Positions 33,201 through 42,898 of a DNA stretch of 64,000 nt are shown piece by piece. Made by a program: the position numbers and the translations under genes. Below the pieces are notes generated by a model. The model was not told the origin of the DNA. It saw only the letters and a program-made list of their open reading frames with translations, and made no database searches. This stretch comes from Longimicrobiales bacterium (lineage in GTDB: Bacteria; Gemmatimonadota; Gemmatimonadetes; Longimicrobiales; Gaopeijiaceae), in NCBI GenBank assembly GCA_965219445.1, contig CBDCNQ010000005.1, positions 1,440,001 to 1,504,000 of the forward strand, written 5' to 3'. The number at the start of each line of letters is the position of its first letter. Positions within the stretch are counted from its first letter, which is position 1.

Positions 33201-33437
33201 TTGGGAAGCGGCGCGGATGGACGCCGAGCTGCGGCGCAGGCTGTTTTCTCGAAGATGAACACCATTTTCGAGACGATTGCACCCCATCCTCAGCTGGCGG
33301 ATGTGTACCGGCGTGGGACTGAAAACCTGTCGGCCCTCAGCACCGTTCATCATTTGCCTCGCGAGGTAGAGCAACGAGGCGATTACGCCGACTGCTCCGA
33401 GCAGTTCAGCTATGGCACCGATTGCGGTCCAATTCAT
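33201..33437 (-). pseudogene. Remnant of a small membrane-anchored protein gene, apparently with an internal inversion
   Basis: Minus strand MNWTAIGAIAELLGAVGVIASLLYLARQM; a plausible continuation lies on the opposite strand. Confidence 0.5.
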
Positions 33438-33561
33438 ACGCGGGTCCTCGGCATGGGAGGATCAGACCGCGCTCAACATCCGAGAGTGGGCCGGTAGGCG
33501 CAAGCAGAATCGTCTCAGACGCTACAGAATCGCGTTCTAAGCGCCTTCGGGCTTCTGGGTT

Positions 33562-34476
33562 TCAGCCGACGCAAACCGCTTCCTCTACCGTGGCGACATG
33601 GATGGAGACCGTATCGGCGAGCTGGTGCGCATACCCGCCTGCCATAAGGACAGCGACGGGGATCGACCGTTCCACCGCCCGCTCGAGCACCATACGGTCG
33701 CGCCGCCTCAAGCCCTCCAGAGTCAAGGAAAGTCCTCCCAGCTGGTCTTCCTCGTACGGATCCGCCCCGGCGAGATAGACGATCAGCTCTGGTGTCGGAT
33801 CGCCGAGCACATCCAGGAGTGCACCGTCGAGCAGATTGAGGTAGTCGTCGTCTTCCGTTCCGTCCTCCAACGCGATATCGAGATTCGACGGCGGCTTGAC
33901 GGCCGGATAGTTGTTCTGCTGATGCATCGAGAAGGTGAAGACATCATCGTCGTCGGCGAAGATCGCGGTGGTCCCGTTGCCCTGATGTACGTCGAGGTCG
34001 ATCACGGCGGAGCGTTCGAGCGCGTCCTCCGCCTGCAGGACCCGCACCGCGACGGCGATGTCATTGTATAGGCAGAATCCCTCGCCGTGGCCCGCATGTG
34101 CGTGGTGAAACCCACCGCCAAGGTGCACAGCCACGCCGTCCTCGAGTGCCCTCCGCACAGTGAGAAGCGTGCCCCCACACGACATGGCCATCGCCTCCCG
34201 CAGTTCCTCCGTGAGCGGCACCTCTAACTGTATCCTCTCGCCGAACGATAATGAGTCGGTCTCGACCCTAGTCAGGAACTGCTCCGTGTGCGCGCGAGCC
34301 AACTCCTCGTGCGTCGCCGCAATCGGGGAAACGAAGTCGCCTTCAGTGAGCGTGCGATCCGAGAGTAGCCGCTCTCGTGCCAGCCGGTACTTGGCGGTCA
34401 CGAAGACGTGCGGCCCAAGGTCAACTTCGTACGTGGGAGACCAGATGACCGCAGGCACAGCTCCGTCGCACCGCAT
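33562..34476 (-). CDS. Histone deacetylase family protein
   Basis: GGFHHA, GFCLYND, DLDVHQGNGT, AGAD, GGY; start uncertain. Confidence 0.93.
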   Translation of the reverse strand: MRCDGAVPAVIWSPTYEVDLGPHVFVTAKYRLARERLLSDRTLTEGDFVSPIAATHEELARAHTEQFLTRVETDSLSFGERIQLEVPLTEELREAMAMSCGGTLLTVRRALEDGVAVHLGGGFHHAHAGHGEGFCLYNDIAVAVRVLQAEDALERSAVIDLDVHQGNGTTAIFADDDDVFTFSMHQQNNYPAVKPPSNLDIALEDGTEDDDYLNLLDGALLDVLGDPTPELIVYLAGADPYEEDQLGGLSLTLEGLRRRDRMVLERAVERSIPVAVLMAGGYAHQLADTVSIHVATVEEAVCVG

Positions 34477-34774
34477 CGCTTCTTTGCCAACGTCAGTCGA
34501 TCCCCGGTACGAGCCCCCGAGTTTGCTGCGGATCATCATGCCTCTACATCTCAAGGCCGACCAACAAATCTCATTGATCACGAAGCATTCGCGCTTGCTC
34601 ACGTCTCTGCGATTCTGCCGGGCATCACCATGCCCAGGAGCAGCCTAAGACGCAACCTAAGAGCCGAGAGCGTCTGAACGAGAAGACGGCCACCTCCGAA
34701 CGATGGGGGTGGTCCGTGTGCTTATCGGGGATGGCTGGGTGGGCTAGTCGTCAGCCCACCAGTGCTCTCCGCGC

Positions 34775-35164
34775 TCAGCCAACGCCCCTCCGGGCGGGTG
34801 CGGTCGAGCCATGTCGAGTTGCCTTTTCAAGGGCTTCAACGAGTTCGTCGCGGTCAACAGGCTTGTTGAGCACCGCAAACACACCCATGCGCTTTACCGC
34901 AGCAATCAGATCCGGCCCCGAACCGGAAACGGCGATGATCGCCGCATCTGAAAACGAAGCTCGCAACGCCCTGATCAACCCGAGCCCATCGACGTGAGGC
35001 ATTTGAAGATCCGTGATGACGACATCAATGCGTTTTCCAAAGTGGAGATTGAGGGCTTGCACTCCATCAACCGCGACATAGACCTCGTGACCCAGCCCCT
35101 CGACGATGCTTTCCAAGATGACCCGATCACTCGGTTCGTCTTCGACGATGAGTACGTTTTCCAC
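34775..35164 (-). CDS. Stand-alone response regulator receiver
   Basis: LIVEDE, TDLQMP, VSG, KP. Confidence 0.9.
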   Translation of the reverse strand: MENVLIVEDEPSDRVILESIVEGLGHEVYVAVDGVQALNLHFGKRIDVVITDLQMPHVDGLGLIRALRASFSDAAIIAVSGSGPDLIAAVKRMGVFAVLNKPVDRDELVEALEKATRHGSTAPARRGVG

Positions 35165-35606
35165 GATATCGAACCCTTGTCCGGGCCGCTGGGCGGGGAG
35201 GGTGGCTGGGTGAATATGCTGTTACTAAACGATGCGACGGAGATCCGAGTGCGGGCAAGCGTTTTAGTTGGGCACTTCCGCCCGGTGGTAGGTCGGCTTC
35301 CGTTGGTCGAGGGGGAGCGCCGCTGCAAGCAATCGGGAAATCTGTCCCATCCAGACATTGACAGGTTCGAGCAGGCACCTTTCCCGAGATCCGGGATCCT
35401 GCCCCGGCCCCCCCCCTGAGCACACCTGGCTTGTGACGTGACCGCCGAGGGCGAACCCCGGACCCTTCGGAAAGCCTCGAATCCCGTCCACGCCCGCCCA
35501 GAAGCCAGCCAGAGCCTCGAAAAACCGCCGTTAGATTTATGGGAGTCATTCGTCTGGAAGGTAGCTATTCCCTATAACCCGCTCCCCCCTCCTGGAGGCT
35601 CCCCGC

Positions 35607-37281
35607 ATGATCGACTTCGCTCAACCGGTACTTGGAGATCACACCGCGCTGGCGACAACTTCGACGACGACACACCGAGCTCGGTCGCGGACCGAGACGT
35701 GGCCCGTCGTTGCTACTGCCGCAACGGTCGAATCCCCCACCCCACTGCCCGCCCCCACCCCCTTCCCACGTGCCGAACTCGAGCGGCTGGGCGATGAGAT
35801 CGCCGAACTCGCCGCCCACATCCATGCCGCCACGTACCGTCTGCTGGTGCTGATCCGTGAGTTCGACCAGCGAGGGGGCTGGGACGCCAGCTTCAAGACC
35901 TGCGCCCACTGGCTGAGCTGGCGCACCGGCATCGCCATGGGACCGGCACGCGAGAAGGTCCGCGTGGCCCACGCTCTCGAGCATCTACCCGGTTTGAGCG
36001 CGAGGATGCGGAGCGGAGAACTGTCATACTCCAAGGCACGAGCCCTCACGCGCGTGGCCACACCGGAGAACGAAGAGGAGTTGATGGACTTCGCCCGCCA
36101 CGGTACAGCGTCGCACGTTGAGAAGCTCGTGCGTGCGTGGCGGCGGGTGGACCGGCTGGAGGAGCAATGGCAGGAGCGGGAGCGTCACCGAACCCGCTCG
36201 CTCACGTTATGGCCGGACGAGGACGGGATGTATGAGCTCCGGGGCCGGTTGGATCCCGAGGTGGGCGCCATATTGATGCGGGCGCTCGAGGCCGCGAGGG
36301 GTGCCCTCTACCGACGGTCCGGGAAGTTCCGGCGTCCGGAGGCTCGCGAGGATCCGGAATCTCGCAAGGATCCGGAACTCACCGCCGAGCAGATGCGGGC
36401 CGATGCCATCGGACTCCTCGCCGAGCGAGCGCTACAGAGTGGTGGGCTGGAATGCGACGGCGAGAGTATCGGCCGCGCTGATCGCTTTCAAGTCGTCGTG
36501 CACGTGGACGCCGAAGCACTCGCGGGATCATCGGAGTCATCGGGACCATCGGGATCATCGGAGTTGCCGGAGTCGTCGGAGTCGTGGCCGCCGCCGCTGC
36601 CCTCGTCGTCACCGCCAACGTTGGGCAGTGCCCTGCTCGAGGACGGCGTACGCGTTCCCGCGGGAACGTCGAGGCGCCTCGCTTGTGACGCGAGTCGCGT
36701 CATTATGACACTCACACAACATGACAGCCGAGATGACGCGTACCGAGATAACACGCACACAGAGCGGTTCCGTGCTCGACGTGGGCAGAAAGACCCGGAC
36801 CGTCCCCCCCGCCATCCGGAGGGCGCTCGACCATAGGGACGGAGGCTGTCGCTTCCCAGGCTGCGGGCTGCGCTTCTGTGACGCGCATCACATCAAGCAC
36901 TGGGCGGATGGCGGAGAGACCCGGCTCGACAACCTCGTCTTGCTTTGTAGGCGCCATCACCGGGCGGTGCATGAAGAGGGATTCGCGGTCGAGATGGTTG
37001 AGGATGCGGAAGGAGGAGGGGGTAGGGGTGAGGGGAGAGACCCGAGGTGGAGGCAGGTAATCCACAGCGGCGCCCGCAGAAATGTCCGCTTCTCCTGGCC
37101 CGACGGACGGCCCTTTCCGGACGCGCCCCGGGCACCAAGGCTGCCCGACGACCCCGTGAGGGCCCTCGAGTCCAAGCACGCCACACTGGGGATCCATGTG
37201 GGTGCTGAGACCACAACCCCGCACTGGAACGGAGAGAGCCTCGACCTGGGGTGGGCAATTCACACGCTTTGGAGGCCCTGA
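35607..37281 (+). pseudogene. DUF222/HNH endonuclease split by a frameshift near 36710-36770
   Basis: CAHWLSWRTG, RRLACDA in frame A; VLDVGRKTRT, RDGGCRFPGC, HHIKHW, NLVLLCRRHH in frame B. Confidence 0.8.
36523..36585 (+). repeat. 9-bp tandem repeat (7 degenerate units) inside the DUF222/HNH gene
   Basis: CGGGATCAT/CGGAGTCAT/CGGGACCAT/CGGGATCAT/CGGAGTTGC/CGGAGTCGT/CGGAGTCGT. Confidence 0.8.
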
Positions 37282-37529
37282 GCGGCCAGACCCGTGGAAA
37301 CGCGGAGCCGTGAACGCGCCGTGATACGTATCTTCTTATTTGATTTATACGTACGCCGACATCCCTCGTGGACCTTCCCCGCGGCTTTGGAGCCGATGGT
37401 CTGTATTCCTAACATGAAGTCGGACTGACAGATACGCTAATAGGATGGACGGATCACGGTGGGGCATATCGCACCACGCCATCGTCCTGCCCGATGCCCA
37501 AGAAGCCAGGGCCTCGCCCTACTCTCGCC

Positions 37530-38531
37530 CTACCCTGCCTCGGTCGGCCGCGCGACCATCACACCGTCCTGGCCACGGATTCGCTGGATCCTCTCGGCCA
37601 GAGGTACTTCGCTGATCTGTACTACGCCGCCGGCGAGCGGAGCGTGCAGTAGGTGCAGCCGTCCGTCCTGCCACAGGGCGATCCCCGTGTGGGCGATGTC
37701 CAACCCCGCCACGGTGCTGGTGGCCGCGATGATATCCCCATTCTGAATCCCGACCTCGACTCCGGCGATGCGATCCTCAGGGATGTAGTACCGGGGCTCC
37801 GTGCTGAGGCGTTCCTCGACGGCGCTCAGCTCCGTGAGGAAATCCGGATCCTCACCCAATTGGCGGTATGCGTCCGGATGTGTCGTCATGAAGTCGATCG
37901 GCTCGGCATCGGCGACCCCGCCCAGCTCCTGCGACACGTCACGCAAGAGGCCCATCGCATCATTGTCACTGATCCACTCGCTGAAGTAGTGCAAACGGCT
38001 CGGATACTCCCCGAGCTCCCCACCCCGGTAACGGATGTCCTCCAGGAGCCAGGAGAACAACGGCCGTTGGTGACCCTCCGTGCGTGCGACCAACAATGCG
38101 TCGGGGACGATTTGAACGAGGCGCGCCAGCGCCAGGACGTTCTCCACGAAGGTCACGCAGTCCAACTCCTCGAGCTCGATCACGAGGCCCTCTTCGCCGG
38201 GCACCTCGAGGGTATGAGGAGCATAGGGGGTTCCAACGAACGTCTCCCCGATGCGAACGATCAGATCGCCGATGCTCAGATCGGAATATCCCTGCTCCAC
38301 CGCCCAGCGGGCCTTTTCCTCGACGATGGCCCAGTCGGCCTCCGTTCCGGGCAGAGTGGTGGGGCCAGCCGGCGCGTCGGCCCCCGCGCCTAGTTCCGCC
38401 GCCGCCGATTGGGTGGTCGTGCTAGGGAGCGAGCCCTCGGAGGGATCTCCGGAGTTTCCCCCGCAGGCAGAAAGCACACCGGCGCTCAAAATCGCAAGCG
38501 ACCATCGGACCGTCTTGGCTCTGATCAGCAT
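37530..38531 (-). CDS. DUF1460 N-acetylmuramoyl-L-alanine amidase-like lipoprotein
   Basis: LSAC lipobox; GTPY, LDCVTFVE, RLHYFSEW, LDIAHTG. Confidence 0.88.
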   Translation of the reverse strand: MLIRAKTVRWSLAILSAGVLSACGGNSGDPSEGSLPSTTTQSAAAELGAGADAPAGPTTLPGTEADWAIVEEKARWAVEQGYSDLSIGDLIVRIGETFVGTPYAPHTLEVPGEEGLVIELEELDCVTFVENVLALARLVQIVPDALLVARTEGHQRPLFSWLLEDIRYRGGELGEYPSRLHYFSEWISDNDAMGLLRDVSQELGGVADAEPIDFMTTHPDAYRQLGEDPDFLTELSAVEERLSTEPRYYIPEDRIAGVEVGIQNGDIIAATSTVAGLDIAHTGIALWQDGRLHLLHAPLAGGVVQISEVPLAERIQRIRGQDGVMVARPTEAG

Positions 38532-38998
38532 GCCCTATCCTCCAACAACAATCCCATCTCCGCAAACTACGGCCCCTCTCCTCCTCCCTGCATCATAAAT
38601 CGAATCGATTCCCGCGGGAATGGACGGATCGTCGCATCCGGCGACTCGGCATCACTCTGATCGGATCGCTCATCGGGATGCTCCGGGCTGCGAGACTCCG
38701 GCTTATGGAATCGAAAGTTCGGATCATGAAATCGTAACTATCAGTCGGACTATCACTTAGCTATAGGCTCGCCTCACGCCAACCGGGGCTGTTGGGCGCT
38801 ACCACAGCGGCGCACGCACCTTTCAAACCCCCCGGGGTAGTCATTTGGGTTCCAGGAACTGACGTTGATCACCGAGCTCGCATGATTGCAGGCTTCCCCA
38901 AATACCGAAGGACCCCGATATTACAAACCCGTGAAGTTGCCGACCGTGAAAGAGACGGTCCGGCCGACGGATCCGGAATTCCGCCAGCACAGGAGTAC

Positions 38999-39427
38999 AT
39001 GATGCCATATCCAGAAGCGCTTATCGCTCCGATGAGACAGGACTTGGTGCAACTCGGCTTCAAAGAGATGAGAACGCCCGATGACGTGGACGAGGTCTTG
39101 GGGACGGAGCAGCGCACGACGGTCGTGGCCATCAACTCGGTCTGCGGGTGCTCGGCCGGAGGCATGCGCCCCGGCGTGGCGGGTTCGTTGACCAACGAGG
39201 CCAAGCCCGACGTTCTCGTGACCGTATTTGCTGGACAGGATCTCGAGGCTACTGAAAGAGCCCGGGAATACTTCACCGGCTATCCGCCGTCGTCACCCTC
39301 CATAGCGTTGATGAAAGACGGCGAGCTGGTCTACATGATGGAGCGCCACCAGATCGAAGGGCGCCACCCGCTCGAGATCGCAGACACCTTGAAGGCGGTC
39401 TACGACGAGCACTGCTCGACAACCTAA
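38999..39427 (+). CDS. BrxA/BrxB family bacilliredoxin
   Basis: NSVCGCSAG, TVFAGQD, PPSSPSIAL; AGGAG RBS. Confidence 0.93.
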   Translation: MMPYPEALIAPMRQDLVQLGFKEMRTPDDVDEVLGTEQRTTVVAINSVCGCSAGGMRPGVAGSLTNEAKPDVLVTVFAGQDLEATERAREYFTGYPPSSPSIALMKDGELVYMMERHQIEGRHPLEIADTLKAVYDEHCSTT

Positions 39428-39491
39428 GTTCAAGCTAGTTGGGGGCGACGCGCCTGACGGTGCGAGAGCGCCCACGTGTGACTCGTCGGCT

Positions 39492-40199
39492 TCAGCTGTC
39501 CGGCCCGGACATGAGTCTCGGCTGAGCGCCCTTCCGTTCCAAGCGACGTCGTCTTTTGGCCTGCCTGGGGGTCTCTCCCGGGAGCCGGACTTCGACGCCC
39601 ACGCCACCGAGCAGGGCAAAACCTCGGATCCGTAGAGTCGGGAGATCCGGATCGCTACGGAGCGGCGTGTCGGTCTGATGCTCGAAGCCGCCGAGCAGGG
39701 CGATTCCGTCCACCTCCACCGCCATCTCGGGCGGGACGATGATCTCGACCCCGCCCAGAACGGCCAGAACGTTCACGTCCGTGACTCCCGGTCCGAGTAG
39801 GGCTTCCCGGAAGTCGAGCGAGATGCCACCCAAGAAGCCGAGTGCGAAGTTCCTTCGCGCCGGGATCCAACGGCCAGAACGGTTCGTGCCGCCGAGGCAG
39901 CTGATCACGAAACCTTGATCCCTCACTCGATCGGCGTCTACGACGACGGGAGATCCACCCTGGGCGGGGATCATGTCGGTGGCGGGCTTCGACGACTCCA
40001 GAGGCGGCAGCCTACGGAGAAGCTCGCGAAGCTCGCCCGCCGTGGAGGATCGATTGACCTCGTCCAAGAGGCCCTCGAACTCCTCCAGATCCATGACATC
40101 GTTGGAGAAATGCTCCATGAGCACTTCGACCGCCCGCTCTCGGACTGTCTCGATGTTGGGCCCCTGGGCCGGCCCCTGGACCGGATAGTCCTCGCTCAT
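39492..40199 (-). CDS. DUF1707 plus LiaF/DUF2154-like domain protein
   Basis: RERAVEVL...EFE N-domain; GGISLDFREA, GGVEIIVPP. Confidence 0.75.
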   Translation of the reverse strand: MSEDYPVQGPAQGPNIETVRERAVEVLMEHFSNDVMDLEEFEGLLDEVNRSSTAGELRELLRRLPPLESSKPATDMIPAQGGSPVVVDADRVRDQGFVISCLGGTNRSGRWIPARRNFALGFLGGISLDFREALLGPGVTDVNVLAVLGGVEIIVPPEMAVEVDGIALLGGFEHQTDTPLRSDPDLPTLRIRGFALLGGVGVEVRLPGETPRQAKRRRRLERKGAQPRLMSGPDS

Positions 40200-41419
40200 C
40201 CCGCCTCCGCTAACACGTCGCTCACCATCTCGCCCGGATCTCCTTGCAGGAAGTCGCGCGAAAACCGCTCGAGAACGGCCGCGCACGTCATGATCTCAGA
40301 AGGATCGATCCACTCGTCGGCGGAATGTGCCTGAGCAATCGAGCCCGGACCGAAACAGACCGCAGGCGTACCTGCTTGGTTCAAGAAAGCCGCATCGACC
40401 CAGGCGGTCATGCCGGCCACCACGGGATCGACTCCCTCACCGACACACGCGGCCACGAGGCCTTCGGCAAGAGGGGAATCGTTCGGTATTTCGGTGGCAG
40501 GACGTGCCAATCCCTCAGTTAGTTTCGCGTCGAGCTCGGGTACTTCTTCCGCCAACTCGTCCAGCACGGCTTGAAACTCTTCGATAATGCCGGCCGCGTT
40601 TTCTCCCGGCAACGTGCGTCGCTCCAGAACGAGCCGGCATGCGTCGGGATAGACGGAGGGCGCCGAGCCGCCGTCGATCGTGCCCGCGTGAAAGGAGCCG
40701 TGACCCAAAAGCGGATGCGGCTCTTCTGCGCGGAGCCGACTCCGCAGAGCGCCCAATGCCGTCAGGTAGCGAGCGGCATGCTCGATGGCGTCCACACCGG
40801 CATCGGGGCGCGAACCGTGCGCTGCACGCCCCCGGAAGGCCGCCTCGATCCACACGAAACCTTTGTGGGCGGGCATGACCGCCAAGCTCGTGGGCTCACA
40901 TACGACCGCGGCGTCGGCCCCTATTCCGGAGCGTACCAATGCCTGCATTCCCAGGCTGGCGTGCTCCTCGTCCGCGGTGAGCGCTACGATCAACGCCCCC
41001 GGCGGCCCACTCCGGGCGACCCTGGCCGTGGCGGCAAGCAATGCCGCGACTCCACCTTTCATGTCGCACGATCCCCTCCCCCAGAGCCGCCCATCGCTCA
41101 GTTCGGCTCCGAACGGGTCGACGCTCATTCCCGCCACGCCTACGGTATCGAGATGGCCGTTCAGGAGGAGCGTCGGGCCATCTCCCTTGCCCTCGAGGCG
41201 ACCCATGACGTTGCAGCGGCCCGGCGCCACCTCGGACATTTCCACCGAAAGACCCCACACACGCAGCCACTCCGCGGTCAACTCGGCAACGGCCCCCTCT
41301 CCCGCGCCGGACTCTTCCAGCTCCGGATTTACCGAGGGAGTGGCGACCAGGGCGCGAGCGAGCGCAACGGGGTCCCCCGCGGTGGCATCCTTCAGAATCC
41401 GGCCCCTTTCCTGTGACAT
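40196..41419 (-). CDS. ArgE/DapE family M20 deacylase
   Basis: NGHLDTV, GRGSCDMKGG, DEE, CEPT, AHSADE. Confidence 0.9.
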   Translation of the reverse strand: MSQERGRILKDATAGDPVALARALVATPSVNPELEESGAGEGAVAELTAEWLRVWGLSVEMSEVAPGRCNVMGRLEGKGDGPTLLLNGHLDTVGVAGMSVDPFGAELSDGRLWGRGSCDMKGGVAALLAATARVARSGPPGALIVALTADEEHASLGMQALVRSGIGADAAVVCEPTSLAVMPAHKGFVWIEAAFRGRAAHGSRPDAGVDAIEHAARYLTALGALRSRLRAEEPHPLLGHGSFHAGTIDGGSAPSVYPDACRLVLERRTLPGENAAGIIEEFQAVLDELAEEVPELDAKLTEGLARPATEIPNDSPLAEGLVAACVGEGVDPVVAGMTAWVDAAFLNQAGTPAVCFGPGSIAQAHSADEWIDPSEIMTCAAVLERFSRDFLQGDPGEMVSDVLAEAG

Positions 41420-41664
41420 ACTCCGCCCCCAAGTCGTCATGAACCCCAGACAGGCATGGTGAAGGCCCCGGCCCGCCGAGACAACCCCGAGCGGAGTGTT
41501 GGGAGACCAACAATCCCGCCCTACTTGCGAGATTGAAACCAATTCGCACACTTTTAGTATTGGGAACAGTCGGCACCAAGATCGAATACGACAGGGAGCC
41601 GGTATGAGAATCACGAAACCCGAGCGAGGAGAGTACTATTCGCAAATTTATGTTAGGAATCGTG

Positions 41665-41826
41665 GGTGCCGCGGCTGTAGCGGCGGGCTTGCTCTTGATG
41701 CGACAGCAGAAGCAGAATCAGCCGAAGGAAGCCGTAACTGAAGCGGAAAGTGCTTCAGCGATCCCGCTGGATCGTATGCGGGAGCTAGGCCTCTAGCACC
41801 ATCCCCCGAAGGGCAACTGGGGCGCC
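41665..41826 (+). ncRNA. Candidate structured ncRNA, 6S-RNA-like
   Basis: 5' GGTGCCGCGGCTGT pairs with 3' GCAACTGGGGCGCC; purine-rich internal strand; hairpins at 41738-41758 and 41762-41783; no credible ORF. Confidence 0.45.
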
Positions 41827-41845
41827 GACCGATCTGATCGATGGG

Positions 41846-41914
41846 CGTCACTCAGTTCTCGACCTGCGTCACTCAGTTGCCGACGTCCGCCACTCAGTTG
41901 CCGACGTACGTCAC
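41846..41914. repeat. 21-bp tandem repeat (3 units plus a partial unit)
   Basis: CGTCACTCAGTTCTCGACCTG, CGTCACTCAGTTGCCGACGTC, CGCCACTCAGTTGCCGACGTA, CGTCAC. Confidence 0.85.
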
Positions 41915-42150
41915 ACGTCGTCGAAGTGGTCGGCATTCTTCGCGATGTAGCTGGTCCACTCGGGGGGCACGTCCGTATCCGGGAAAATCGCCGTCACGGG
42001 ACACTCAGGCTCACATGCGCCGCAATCGATGCACTCCACCGGATGGATGTAGAACATGTCCTCCCCCTCGTAGATGCAATCGACGGGGCATACCTCCACG
42101 CAGCTGGCGTCTTTGAGGTCGATGCAGGGCTCGGCAATGATGTACGTCAT
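41911..42150 (-). CDS. Dicluster (7Fe-type) ferredoxin
   Basis: MTYIIAEPC...[10 protein letters not shown]...[12 protein letters not shown]. Confidence 0.95.
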   Translation of the reverse strand: MTYIIAEPCIDLKDASCVEVCPVDCIYEGEDMFYIHPVECIDCGACEPECPVTAIFPDTDVPPEWTSYIAKNADHFDDV

Positions 42151-42267
42151 GGTCTGATACGTGTCGTAGCGTGATCGAGACGGGAACCGATGTACGGCCA
42201 ACCATTAATGCAGAAAAAATCGGGGCCGTCAAGTATCCTGCACATTGATGTCGTGCATCCCCACGCA

Positions 42268-42843
42268 TCAATGTCGGGCATCCGGGGCATCAACAAGGTA
42301 CTTCTCCCTGAAAGTGCGGCACCAGCTGAGGTAACGTCTGGCCAGCTGGGCATGCGTGCGCTGGGCCATCTTCAGGTAGACCTCGGACACTTCTTCATGT
42401 GCCGCTCGGGCCTCCGCCAGATTTCCCCAAAGGTGCGCGTGGCGGACCTGGTCGAGCCGCTCCGCCAGGGCCACCAGAACGATGTCAGACCCGCTGGCGA
42501 GCAGGTCCTCGAGAAGCGTACCGGAGCTGGAGCGGGGCACCGCGTTCCGGAAGGCCGTCACGGCGGGACTCACCCGCTTGGTGACCTCGCCATCGGGCGC
42601 CTCCAAATCCTCCCGGCGCGTATCCAGAAGACAGGCAGCTGCGAGTGCCACGGGGTCGGCCAGACCGACATCATCCAGGAGGACCACGATGGTACGGCCC
42701 GGGTGCAGGTAGTCGGGATCGTGGTCGTCATCGATGACGGCCAAGCGCGGCGCCATCGCCGCCTCGATCGCTGTCCGGATGAGATCTCTGCCTGAGCCGT
42801 CGATCCCGACGATCCGCGCCGTCCGCTCGACACGATCCGACAT
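42268..42843 (-). CDS. Degenerate HD-domain protein (Mesh1/SpoT-hydrolase-like)
   Basis: YLHP, LAAACLLDTRRED, VALAERLDQVR; start re-assigned to 42843. Confidence 0.6.
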   Translation of the reverse strand: MSDRVERTARIVGIDGSGRDLIRTAIEAAMAPRLAVIDDDHDPDYLHPGRTIVVLLDDVGLADPVALAAACLLDTRREDLEAPDGEVTKRVSPAVTAFRNAVPRSSSGTLLEDLLASGSDIVLVALAERLDQVRHAHLWGNLAEARAAHEEVSEVYLKMAQRTHAQLARRYLSWCRTFREKYLVDAPDARH

Positions 42844-42898
42844 CAACTCCCACCTACTCGGCGGACCGGCATTCGATGTGCCGCCTGTCCCGCTCACT

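Noticed and set aside
37400..37460. Integron attC site (CCTAAC)
   Set aside because: No matching GTTRRRY end, and no integrase or cassette array
41660..41705. SAM-I riboswitch on the minus strand (CATCAAGAG)
   Set aside because: Lacks the following GAGGGA...GGCCC and GGTGC core
41718..41736. SRP RNA (CAGCCGAAGGAAGC)
   Set aside because: No GNRA tetraloop or CAGG/AGCA symmetric loop geometry
41846..41914. CRISPR array
   Set aside because: Units are contiguous with no unique spacers, and there are no cas genes in the window
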